From an uncultured bacterium (lineage in GTDB: Bacteria; Armatimonadota; UBA5829; DTLH01), in contig CAZCCV010000002.1 of assembly GCA_964497515.1 (NCBI GenBank), positions 62,252-126,251 on the forward strand: a stretch of 64,000 nt of DNA, written 5' to 3'. Each line of letters opens with the position of its first letter. Position 1 is the stretch's first letter. The translations under genes were made by a program, and so were the position numbers. Shown in pieces: positions 27,401 through 34,746 of this stretch. The notes under the pieces were generated by a model. That model was not told the origin of the DNA. It searched no databases and was given only the letters and a program-made list of their open reading frames with translations.

Positions 27401-28880
27401 TCCGCCCAACCCCAAGACAAAAATGCTGGATGTCACGGCGAAAGACTCTGAATCCTGGTTTGTCGTGCAGCAGATTGATCCGGCGGGTGCATCGGGCACA
27501 AACAGGCGGAATCTGTCGCTTGCCGGCGGGAATGGATTGCTGGCAGTCCCTACGGATTCCGGATTATATGTGTTCAAGAACCAGACAACGCTTGTTACCG
27601 ACAACAGACGAGTGATGGAGATCGGCAGCGACGGAAGAGTGATTTGGTCATGCGACTCTGTCATTCAGCCCGAGATAATTAGTGACTCTGTGCCGCCTGT
27701 TTACGGTATCCTCCCTCAGGAGCTGAATAAGCCGCTTGTTGCACAGAAACTGGGGTCTTCCGACTACCTTGTTGTCGACTCCGGAAATGACAGAGTGATA
27801 CGAATGGACAAAGGTGGCCAGGTCACCTGGTCGCTAAGCCAGTTCATCGACCCACAGGGGCTTCTCCGCTCCGGCGAACCGCTTCGTCTGAAGAATCCGA
27901 GCGATGCTGTAGTGTGGGGTGAGTTTGAGAAGCGCGATGGCAAATGGTACTATCTGTACCACTGTCTCGTAGCCGACAGCGGAAATTTCCGGATTGTCGA
28001 TATTGTCAACCGCTTCAATGCCAACGACAAGATGCAGATTCTAAGTCCATATGGCGTAGATTCGAACGGAAGACCGATTCACGAATTGAACTGGGTGTCG
28101 CAGACTACCAGCAGGGACAAACGATACTCATACAACTCTATAGAGCTAGTGCGCGGCAATCCGGGCGGAGACCCGAGCCGCTTGATGAATTGGATATGGG
28201 CGTCCACCTCGAACTATGGGCTCGGAACCGCGACCGATCCGACACAGAAAGAGAGTACAGGAGGAGGTCAGCTCGGTGGTGCTATCATCAGTATGGAGTA
28301 CCGCGAGAGCGCATCAGCAAACTCGGCTGAATGGAATTATCTGGACGGAAGAGTCGATGGACAGTTGACCACACTCCTTGATAACAAAGGCGCCGGGCCC
28401 GCGATTGCACTTTCGCGACCGAGTTACTTCACTGTGCTCGATTCCGGCACTCAACGGCTGCTGATATGCGATTCTTCCGCTGTATACGTGACGGAGGGAC
28501 GCGACATTCAGTGGAAGTTCACCTCGGAGGACTATCGAAATATGCCGCGCGAGGTGATAAATGAGTTCACACAGACTCCTGTCCCGAGACCGGTTCGAAT
28601 ACCGATTCCGTTTTCTCCACAGCGTGCGCAGATGCTTGACGACGGTACGTGCCTTATTGTAAATAGCTTTGCTGGCAGGATGTACGACAAGGCGGGCAGC
28701 AAGTTTACCGGAGAGATATTCAGAGTCGATTCTAGTCACAATCTGCGCTGGTTCACTCCAAGGCTCTGGTGGGTGCCAGATACACCGACCAGCCAGCCAG
28801 GGGATGACGGCGTATTCGTTCAGAAGACGTTGAATGCTCCCAATATGGATCAGCCTACTTCGGCACAGCGGCTGAAATAG
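24405..28880 (+). CDS. 1491-aa secreted multi-domain protein: GATase1/ThuA-like N-domain + PQQ-like and NHL-like beta-propeller repeats (PilY1-like position)
   Basis: Signal peptide MMMRRKIPIIATLAVLISVALTTGVFAAG. N-terminal block (FDVLYLSTT...RFVDGGGCLWVDGGAG) resembles ThuA/DUF4159 class-I glutamine-amidotransferase-like folds. Repeated PQQ/BamB-like segments (TIYAFDANPEF, RVYVFDTVP, WIYCVGSDGVVYAYSP, YVYFVSDDGYLYSV). C-terminal NHL-like repeats (YLVVDSGNDRVIRMD, HCLVADSGNFRIVDI, LICDSSAVYVTEG). Confidence 0.6.
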   Translation: MMMRRKIPIIATLAVLISVALTTGVFAAGQLYVDKQRTINAGVLVPTRPNSTLADPAAPFVFYIMGAREDAKPHAWNFVNPLAGGRDSFKNVKDYWLVSLPQTTFENLIKFDVLYLSTTQLVNFRMADKDKLRRFVDGGGCLWVDGGAGMTFSSVLGDAFFLPQMNFVSGGSGIPMLAQRLHPVVTNPFWLNQDEITILGQGPTTINPGYDSGFGSMPDPNTLSPVVLLSGGLGAAKPTIATVEYGSGRIVVTSHFIGGMIERPVTGNTAVNVITTQNSNLMFANTSALRFAYNVVAYGSSSTSFRKNYRRSGVSIENLAAPLDPKWRAPIVSPGGATIENSPVIWKNMIFVTSGNTIYAFDANPEFDLDQNGNLDDGVPNPGQPFDLVWSYSCPGQISSPTVATMLDPRTSGQLSASDFIMVNCTDGRVYVFDTVPVDSSTGMIATNPGAAQPIPSFWKVTMNVGSGPLLPPVAQNGWIYCVGSDGVVYAYSPIISAGSGTFDLPADSWAVPLFPGTSGYNVSVKSGPLLGYVKNQTNGAIVQVLYVVARPPMISTDPNAGNPNDCIYALPLYVCSDRLMPRNPNALRGSPTGAIPFRIGFLSGMGTNLPVSKYPAPEVWAYNPVYNAADADAVTPVPVEADFQQSNTGTVNITVTPPNRIGPNIRVYATYGIDYSAFQSSMSAPVPMYELKPKVGGSVDIINLSINATPAMGSNDTLYMGVKNDSSIGDPGSGHAWVYSVWFDGNPSAARLKWNYFLHGGGLMQDPTSTVSSTGRVPLDAADPSRLWGVRAKDPVTGAIVPVRHLEVRSTPAVTRDKVFAIATTDNPGSPNLPRSYLLCFKADSSFVIRLNRSLYDTSNNQRMSVKLWQPDFLFNTANVAQSPLLTSVQVPSDMIDYNSGTVTINDFAKLRVQGSSISGVQTSPLTPSLPVWVFINNQPVPINEVDLSSWDNLLWALPIPNNGSHVTSVSSSPIVLGDYVYFVSDDGYLYSVLAEVNPPNPKTKMLDVTAKDSESWFVVQQIDPAGASGTNRRNLSLAGGNGLLAVPTDSGLYVFKNQTTLVTDNRRVMEIGSDGRVIWSCDSVIQPEIISDSVPPVYGILPQELNKPLVAQKLGSSDYLVVDSGNDRVIRMDKGGQVTWSLSQFIDPQGLLRSGEPLRLKNPSDAVVWGEFEKRDGKWYYLYHCLVADSGNFRIVDIVNRFNANDKMQILSPYGVDSNGRPIHELNWVSQTTSRDKRYSYNSIELVRGNPGGDPSRLMNWIWASTSNYGLGTATDPTQKESTGGGQLGGAIISMEYRESASANSAEWNYLDGRVDGQLTTLLDNKGAGPAIALSRPSYFTVLDSGTQRLLICDSSAVYVTEGRDIQWKFTSEDYRNMPREVINEFTQTPVPRPVRIPIPFSPQRAQMLDDGTCLIVNSFAGRMYDKAGSKFTGEIFRVDSSHNLRWFTPRLWWVPDTPTSQPGDDGVFVQKTLNAPNMDQPTSAQRLK

Positions 28881-28953
28881 GTTTGACATCGATAACAGTG
28901 CGAGTGGTGATGCTTTTCGGCCGCACCACTCGTTGCTGTGTACGGAACTGAAA

Positions 28954-30084
28954 ATGCCGAGCCCAAAAGCCGCTTACATCCACATTCCATTCTGTCGTTC
29001 AAAGTGCTTCTACTGTGATTTCAACTCGTATCCGGGAATGGAAGTTGAGGCAGATGAATATATCACAGCGCTTCTTGCTGAGATAGATGCATCTTGGGTC
29101 GATAGCAGCATCCTTCAAACTGTATACATAGGTGGAGGTACTCCAACGGTTCTCGCGGCAGCGCATTTATCTCGAGTGCTCGATGCACTGAAACACAAGT
29201 TCCGATTATCTCTTGATGCCGAGACTACCGTTGAAGCTAACCCGGGCACTGTCGACAACAGCTACCTCAGAAGTCTTCTATCTGCTGGATTCAATCGCCT
29301 CAGCATCGGGGTGCAGTCTTTCGATGATGGCACACTAAAACAACTCGGCCGAATCCACAGTGCTGACGAGGCCCTTAGCGCGTTTGAGACCGCGCGTAAT
29401 GTCGGGTTCACAAACATCGGTATCGATCTCATGTATGCTCTTCCGGAGCAGACGCTCTCGAACTGGCAAAGCACTTTGAACACTGCAATTGCTCTTCGGC
29501 CAGAGCATGTATCACTTTACGAGCTTACGGTGGAGGAGGGGACACCTTTCGGAGATTCCCACTCAAAGAGTCAACTTGTGCTGCCAGACGAGGATCTGCA
29601 GATAGAAATGTATCAGGCAGCGATTAACACACTGACTTCGGTAGGTTACGAACAATATGAAATATCCAATTTCGCGCTTGCAGGCCGCCGTTCGCGTCAC
29701 AATCAGGTGTACTGGCGAAACGACCCTTACTATGGATTTGGCGCAGGTGCTACGGGCTACGTAAATGGAACCCGTTACAGTAACGCAGCGCATCCATCTG
29801 AGTATATTTCGAGAATGGAGTCATCTGGCAATGCTGTAGTCACAACCGAAAACATTTCTGGCCGACGGTCAATGGGGGAGACTATTATGCTTGGGCTTCG
29901 CATGCTTGATGGTGTGGATCTACACGCGTTTCAAGAGCGGTATTCAGCTGATTTGTTGTCGATTTATGTGGAAGAAGTTGCCCGATTCACCCGTAAAGGG
30001 TTGCTGCAGGTGAAAGATGACCATTTGCAGCTTACTTCTTCTGGGTTGCTTCTAGCAAACGAGGTTTCTGCAGCGTTTCTCTAG
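28954..30084 (+). CDS. hemW: Radical SAM heme chaperone HemW (oxygen-independent coproporphyrinogen-III oxidase-like)
   Basis: YIHIPFCRSKCFYCDFNS (CxxxCxxC radical-SAM cluster motif), GGGTPT, and the HemW-type C-terminal domain. ATG at 28954; an in-frame TTG at 28933 is an alternative. Confidence 0.85.
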   Translation: MPSPKAAYIHIPFCRSKCFYCDFNSYPGMEVEADEYITALLAEIDASWVDSSILQTVYIGGGTPTVLAAAHLSRVLDALKHKFRLSLDAETTVEANPGTVDNSYLRSLLSAGFNRLSIGVQSFDDGTLKQLGRIHSADEALSAFETARNVGFTNIGIDLMYALPEQTLSNWQSTLNTAIALRPEHVSLYELTVEEGTPFGDSHSKSQLVLPDEDLQIEMYQAAINTLTSVGYEQYEISNFALAGRRSRHNQVYWRNDPYYGFGAGATGYVNGTRYSNAAHPSEYISRMESSGNAVVTTENISGRRSMGETIMLGLRMLDGVDLHAFQERYSADLLSIYVEEVARFTRKGLLQVKDDHLQLTSSGLLLANEVSAAFL

Positions 30085-30214
30085 TAGCAGAGAGCCTCAT
30101 TTTTGCAAAAATCAGTCTTCACCATCCACTTACTCCGGGATTGAAACCCCATCTGTAAGGGTAACATCCATTCAGCCGGGATGCTCGGCAGTTATCACTA
30201 ATGAGGAGGCAGGT

Positions 30215-30673
30215 ATGAAACAGAAAGTGATTGAAGCGCTGAACAAAGCGCGAGAGCAGGAGTTGCACGCGATACTACAGTACATGCTGGAGCATTACGA
30301 GCTGGAAGACCAAGGCTTCAACAAACTCGCCGGTATCATCAAAGCAATGGCTATAGTCGAGATGAACCACGCCGAAGAGCTTGCTGAGAGGATTTTGTTC
30401 CTTGGTGGAAAACCGATCCGCAAACCGGAAGGCGACACGAAAGAGGGACTGAGTATCGCCGAGATGCTCAAGATCAACAGAGATCTCGAGGTTGCTGCGG
30501 TCGAGATGTACAACGACTTCGCCAAACTCTGCGCGGAACAAGGCGATCACGTGTCCAAAGCGTTGTTCGAGCGCCTTACGGTAGATGAAGAAGAGCATCT
30601 GGACGAGTTCGAAAAGATTCTAAACCACGTCGAAAAGCTCGGTAGCGCATATATCGCTACTCTAACGGTCTAA
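30215..30673 (+). CDS. bfr: Bacterioferritin
   Basis: Aligns to E. coli Bfr along its length (VIEALNKAREQELHAILQYMLH, ERILFLGGKP, EMLKINRDLE, DEEEHLDEFEKIL). Ferroxidase-site Glu/His positions are conserved. Confidence 0.75.
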   Translation: MKQKVIEALNKAREQELHAILQYMLEHYELEDQGFNKLAGIIKAMAIVEMNHAEELAERILFLGGKPIRKPEGDTKEGLSIAEMLKINRDLEVAAVEMYNDFAKLCAEQGDHVSKALFERLTVDEEEHLDEFEKILNHVEKLGSAYIATLTV

Positions 30674-30838
30674 TCTGCCGACAGTAGATCACTGGCGCGC
30701 AGTGGTTTCATTCATACACACTGTTCGAGCACGTTTGTAGTTTTCAGCGCTCGGACACTCTCCTCCCGGTGAGCTTGTTTTGAGTATCGCGGCTCCTGGG
30801 CAGGCTTTCTACTGCTACCCACACAGGAGGTTCCTGAT

Positions 30839-32047
30839 ATGAAGAATAAGTCATACGATCATATTATTGTTGGAGGCGGGCTCGCCGCAACGAACGCAGC
30901 ACAGGGTATCAGGGAGCGAGACAAGAATGCTTCCGTGCTCATCATCGGCGCCGAGCGCTATCTTCCTTACCACAGGCCACCACTTAGCAAAAAGCTCTGG
31001 ATTGGAAACAAACAGGTGGAGAGCATCTTCATAAAAGATGAAGCATTCTACCGCGAAAATGGCATCGATATTCTGCTGGGCATTGAAGTCGCGGCTATTG
31101 ATGCAGCGGCAAAGACAGTCACAGCAGAAGACGGTAACACCTGGCAGTACGGCAAACTCCTTCTCGCAACCGGAGGGGTTCCTCGTAAGCTCAATATCCC
31201 CGGTGGCGATTTGGAAGGTGTCAGTAACTATCGCTATCTGGACGATTATCTAGTTGCAAAAGCCGAGGCGGTAGCCGGAAGATCCGTAGTCGTTATCGGT
31301 GGCGGATTTATCGGCTCAGAGATTGCTGCTGCACTGAATCTCAACGACATCAAAGTGACTCTGGTATTTCCGGAACAACACTTGGTTCAGCGCGTCTTTC
31401 CGGAAGACCTTGCAAGAGCGATTAGTTCGGACTACGTCCGCCGTGGGGTTGAGCTTGCTGCGGGTGATGTGGCAGCGTCGATTGAACTGCAAAACGGGAA
31501 GTACAAGACTCGAACCAGAAAAGGAAAAACTCACGAGTCTGAGGTTGTAATTGTCGGTGCGGGGATTGTTCCATCTGTCGAACTCGCCTCATCTGCAGGT
31601 CTTAAGGTGTCGAATGGGATAGAAGTCAACCAGTATCTTCAGACTTCAAATCCCGACATCTTTGCGGCCGGAGACAACACTCTCTTCCCTTACACTGCGC
31701 TCGGTGGTGAGATGCGAAGAGTCGAGCATTGGGATAATGCAGTCAACCAGGGGCGATATGCCGGGCACAATATGGTCGAGCGAGACCAAGCATACGACTA
31801 TATGCCGTATTTCTTCTCTGATCTCTTTGATTTTGGATACGAAGCAGTGGGCGACGTCGATTCTCGCTTGGAGACCTTCGCAGACTGGCAGACGGAGTTC
31901 GAGAAAGGCGTTATCTACTACCTGAAAGACAACGTTGTGCGTGGTGCAATGATGTGTGGAGTTTGGGATAAAGTCCTCGAAGCCAGCGAACTGATCAGAA
32001 GCGGTCGCAAAGTGACACAAGACGATCTTCGCGGAGCGATCAAGTGA
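30839..32047 (+). CDS. FAD/NAD(P)-dependent pyridine nucleotide-disulfide oxidoreductase (ferredoxin-reductase / AIF-like)
   Basis: Two Rossmann dinucleotide motifs (HIIVGGGLAATNAA; VVVIGGGFIGSEIAAAL), AAGD motif (IFAAGDNT), C-terminal dimerisation domain. Confidence 0.8.
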   Translation: MKNKSYDHIIVGGGLAATNAAQGIRERDKNASVLIIGAERYLPYHRPPLSKKLWIGNKQVESIFIKDEAFYRENGIDILLGIEVAAIDAAAKTVTAEDGNTWQYGKLLLATGGVPRKLNIPGGDLEGVSNYRYLDDYLVAKAEAVAGRSVVVIGGGFIGSEIAAALNLNDIKVTLVFPEQHLVQRVFPEDLARAISSDYVRRGVELAAGDVAASIELQNGKYKTRTRKGKTHESEVVIVGAGIVPSVELASSAGLKVSNGIEVNQYLQTSNPDIFAAGDNTLFPYTALGGEMRRVEHWDNAVNQGRYAGHNMVERDQAYDYMPYFFSDLFDFGYEAVGDVDSRLETFADWQTEFEKGVIYYLKDNVVRGAMMCGVWDKVLEASELIRSGRKVTQDDLRGAIK

Positions 32048-32248
32048 GCTCATACTGCTCGAGGAGATAACAACCAAACAGAGAAAGAGTATCCCACAAT
32101 GGTGCGGCAAAACACCGCTGAGGCGTTGCTAAAGGAAATTCTTCGTCGGATGTTGAAGGATAGCTCCTGGTAGCAAGAGATGGGAGGGTAAACGAGGAAC
32201 GACTTCATCCTCGTAGCAAAAATCAATCGATTGCTTCATTGACATACT

Positions 32249-33013
32249 ATGGCTAAACTATCAATCAAGGGACAGACAGCACTGGTTACAGGGGCAGGGC
32301 AGCGTCTTGGGCGTGCTATTTCGCACGCTCTGGCTGATGAGGGCGTCAATATAATCGCCCATTACAACACTTCGTGCGAGGAAGCACTGGCACTCGTAAG
32401 TGAACTTGAGGCAAAAGGTGTGAAGAGTTGGGCGTTCAAGGCGGATTTTAACGAGGCAAGTGAACGCGATAGTCTTGTAGATCAAGCTCTCTCCGTTGCC
32501 GGGTCGTTTCAGATTCTCATTAACAACGCTTCAATCTTTCCTGCAGATGAGTTAGATGACGTGACACTTTCGAGTCTTACGCGGAGTATCGAGATTAACG
32601 CTTGGACTCCGTTCACACTCAGCAGAGACTTCAAACAGAAGATTGGCAGAGGTGTAATAATCAACCTCGAAGACACTCGAATAGCGGGGTTTGATTGGAA
32701 GCACGTTGGTTATATCATAAGCAAACACGCTCTGGCGGCGTTTACACGAATGATGGCTATCAAATATGCCCCAGACATACGAGTAAACGCTGTCCGTCCA
32801 GGGCTGATCCTGCCCCCACCGGGGAAGGATGTAAGCTATATCGAACGGCTTGCAGATTTACTTCCGCTCAAGAAGCACGGCGCAGCAGAGGACATCGCAG
32901 AGACAATAGTCTTCCTGGTAAAGAGCGACTTCATTACAGGTGAAGTAATATATGTCGACGGAGGGCGGCATCTGAAAGAGTATCCAGATGATGCCACGGG
33001 ACCAACGAGTTGA
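32249..33013 (+). CDS. Short-chain dehydrogenase/reductase, pteridine-reductase (FolM/PTR1)-like
   Basis: TALVTGAGQRLGRAISHAL (the TGAxxRIGxAI pattern seen in FolM/PTR1), NNAS, catalytic YIISK. Stop overlaps the folB start by 4 nt, in one operon with folB-folK. Confidence 0.7.
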   Translation: MAKLSIKGQTALVTGAGQRLGRAISHALADEGVNIIAHYNTSCEEALALVSELEAKGVKSWAFKADFNEASERDSLVDQALSVAGSFQILINNASIFPADELDDVTLSSLTRSIEINAWTPFTLSRDFKQKIGRGVIINLEDTRIAGFDWKHVGYIISKHALAAFTRMMAIKYAPDIRVNAVRPGLILPPPGKDVSYIERLADLLPLKKHGAAEDIAETIVFLVKSDFITGEVIYVDGGRHLKEYPDDATGPTS

Positions 33014-33366
33014 TAGATAAGATTCTAATTGATGATCTAACGGTCAGGTGTATTGTTGGTATTCGCCCTGAGGAGCGGCGAGAAAGGCAGGATGTCGTCA
33101 TTAACATTGTCCTCTGGGCCGATTTGAAGCAGGCTGGCGTGAGTGACAACATCCAGGATACTGTGGATTACAGTGCCATCAAGAAACGCGTTGTCGCTGA
33201 TGTGGAGGCATCCAAATACCACCTGATTGAGACTTTGGCGGAGAACATCGCCGCGATCTGCCTGGATTACAGTGGAATAATGCGTGTTCAAGTGAACGTA
33301 GCCAAACCTCTGGCACTTAGATTTGCTCGCAGTGTTGCTGTAGAGATTGTTCGAGAACGGGAGTAG
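33010..33366 (+). CDS. folB: Dihydroneopterin aldolase
   Basis: 118 aa; IDDLTVRCIVGIRPEERRERQDVVINI..., DTVDYSAI and the catalytic Lys region (YHLIETLAENIA) are typical FolB. Confidence 0.85.
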   Translation: MIDKILIDDLTVRCIVGIRPEERRERQDVVINIVLWADLKQAGVSDNIQDTVDYSAIKKRVVADVEASKYHLIETLAENIAAICLDYSGIMRVQVNVAKPLALRFARSVAVEIVRERE

Positions 33367-33371
33367 CTCTG

Positions 33372-33887
33372 ATGGCGCGCGTGTTCATTGGCCTTGGGAC
33401 CAATATCGAACCGCAGCACAATGCACGCCGGGCGCTAATTGAGCTTGTCGGTGCAGTTCACATCACGGCGATATCAACCATCTACAGAACCGAACCACAG
33501 GGCGGACCCGAGCAGCCTGCATTTTTTAATGCAGTTGTCGAAGTGGAAAGCGATCTGCCACCCTGCGAGCTAAAAAACGATGTCCTGCGCGAGATAGAGC
33601 ACCGACTCGGGCGTAAGCGCAGCAAAGACAAGTCTGCTCCCCGAACGATAGATCTCGATATTCTCATCCACGAGAACACTGTTCTGAGTGCAGGGGATCT
33701 GACAATACCAGATCCGGACATACCCGATCGTGCGTTCCTTGCAATTCCGCTCTTTGAGCTCGCTCCCAACCTGGTGCTGCCCGATTCTGGTGTTAGCATC
33801 AAGGAACTTGCGGCTAAGTTTGCCTGTCACACGATGGAACCGCTCTTGGAGTATACAGAATCGCTAAGGCAAGAAATCCTGAAGTAG
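33372..33887 (+). CDS. folK: 2-amino-4-hydroxy-6-hydroxymethyldihydropteridine pyrophosphokinase (HPPK)
   Basis: VFIGLGTNIEP, YRTEPQGGPEQPAFFNAVVEVES, PRTIDLDIL, FLAIPLFELAP are all HPPK hallmarks. Confidence 0.9.
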   Translation: MARVFIGLGTNIEPQHNARRALIELVGAVHITAISTIYRTEPQGGPEQPAFFNAVVEVESDLPPCELKNDVLREIEHRLGRKRSKDKSAPRTIDLDILIHENTVLSAGDLTIPDPDIPDRAFLAIPLFELAPNLVLPDSGVSIKELAAKFACHTMEPLLEYTESLRQEILK

Positions 33888-33915
33888 ACCAGGGTGCCTG
33901 CAAAACAACCGGCGG

Positions 33916-34695
33916 TTATCTGGTGGCGCTTGATGCCGCAATGACTGCTGCACCTATAGCACCAGTCATCTGTGGAGTGGGAACAACAGATACGGGTTGC
34001 CCTATAGCGCGCTCGAGTGCCTTGTCCATCCCTGAAATCAGTGCAACTCCGCCAGTGAAGACAACAGGTGAAACAGCATTGCGTCCAACCATTGAGGATA
34101 TTCTAGTTGCGATAGAGTCCTGCACTCCAGCGACAATATCTACCGGAGTAATTCCAGATGCCATGAGCCCAATGATTTCAGTTTCGGCAAAGACTATGCA
34201 AGTACTGCTGATTGAAGCCGGCTTGGTACTCTGAGCCGACATTTCGCCCAGTCTGTCTAGGTTAACATCCAGCCTATCTGCAATAACTTCAAGAAATCTA
34301 CCTGTACCTGCAGCACAGCGGTCGTTCATTACGAAATCGTAGACCGAGCCATTATCATCCAGCCTCAATACTTTGCTGTCTTGGCCACCGATTTCGATTA
34401 CGGTTCTTGCATTTGAAACTAGGTGATGAACACCTTTGGCGTGGCAAGTGATTTCTGTAATTGCTCTATCGGCTATATCTATCTGATTTCGCCCGTATCC
34501 GGTTGCGATTATGGCGTCTATGTCAGCGCGATTCAGATTGTGTTCCTCAATCAGTTGATGAAACAGACCCGTTGCCAGCTCTCCACTGTCTGTTCCCTGA
34601 TGCACTGTGCCGGATGCAATCACTGTCTGGTTCTCTGTGCTCATCAGAACCGCTTTTATTGCGCGTGATCCGGCGTCTATTCCTACAGATATCAT
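33916..34695 (-). CDS. BadF/BadG/BcrA/BcrD-type ATPase (acyl-CoA dehydratase activase-like)
   Basis: ISVGIDAGSRAIKAVL (ASKHA phosphate-1), IEIGGQDSKVLRLD, and two Cys (DRCAAGTG) that match the activase [4Fe-4S] bridging-cluster ligands. No cognate dehydratase is adjacent. Confidence 0.7.
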   Translation of the reverse strand: MISVGIDAGSRAIKAVLMSTENQTVIASGTVHQGTDSGELATGLFHQLIEEHNLNRADIDAIIATGYGRNQIDIADRAITEITCHAKGVHHLVSNARTVIEIGGQDSKVLRLDDNGSVYDFVMNDRCAAGTGRFLEVIADRLDVNLDRLGEMSAQSTKPASISSTCIVFAETEIIGLMASGITPVDIVAGVQDSIATRISSMVGRNAVSPVVFTGGVALISGMDKALERAIGQPVSVVPTPQMTGAIGAAVIAASSATR

Positions 34696-34746
34696 AAAAA
34701 CCTCTTCGGTACGGTTGAGCTTGTTTGGTATCGCAAGTATTTGCTT

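Noticed and set aside
28881-28953. Hairpin GAGTGGTG...CACCACTC after the giant propeller gene as a terminator
   Set aside because: 8-bp stem but a 14-nt loop and no following T-tract; not convincing as an intrinsic terminator.
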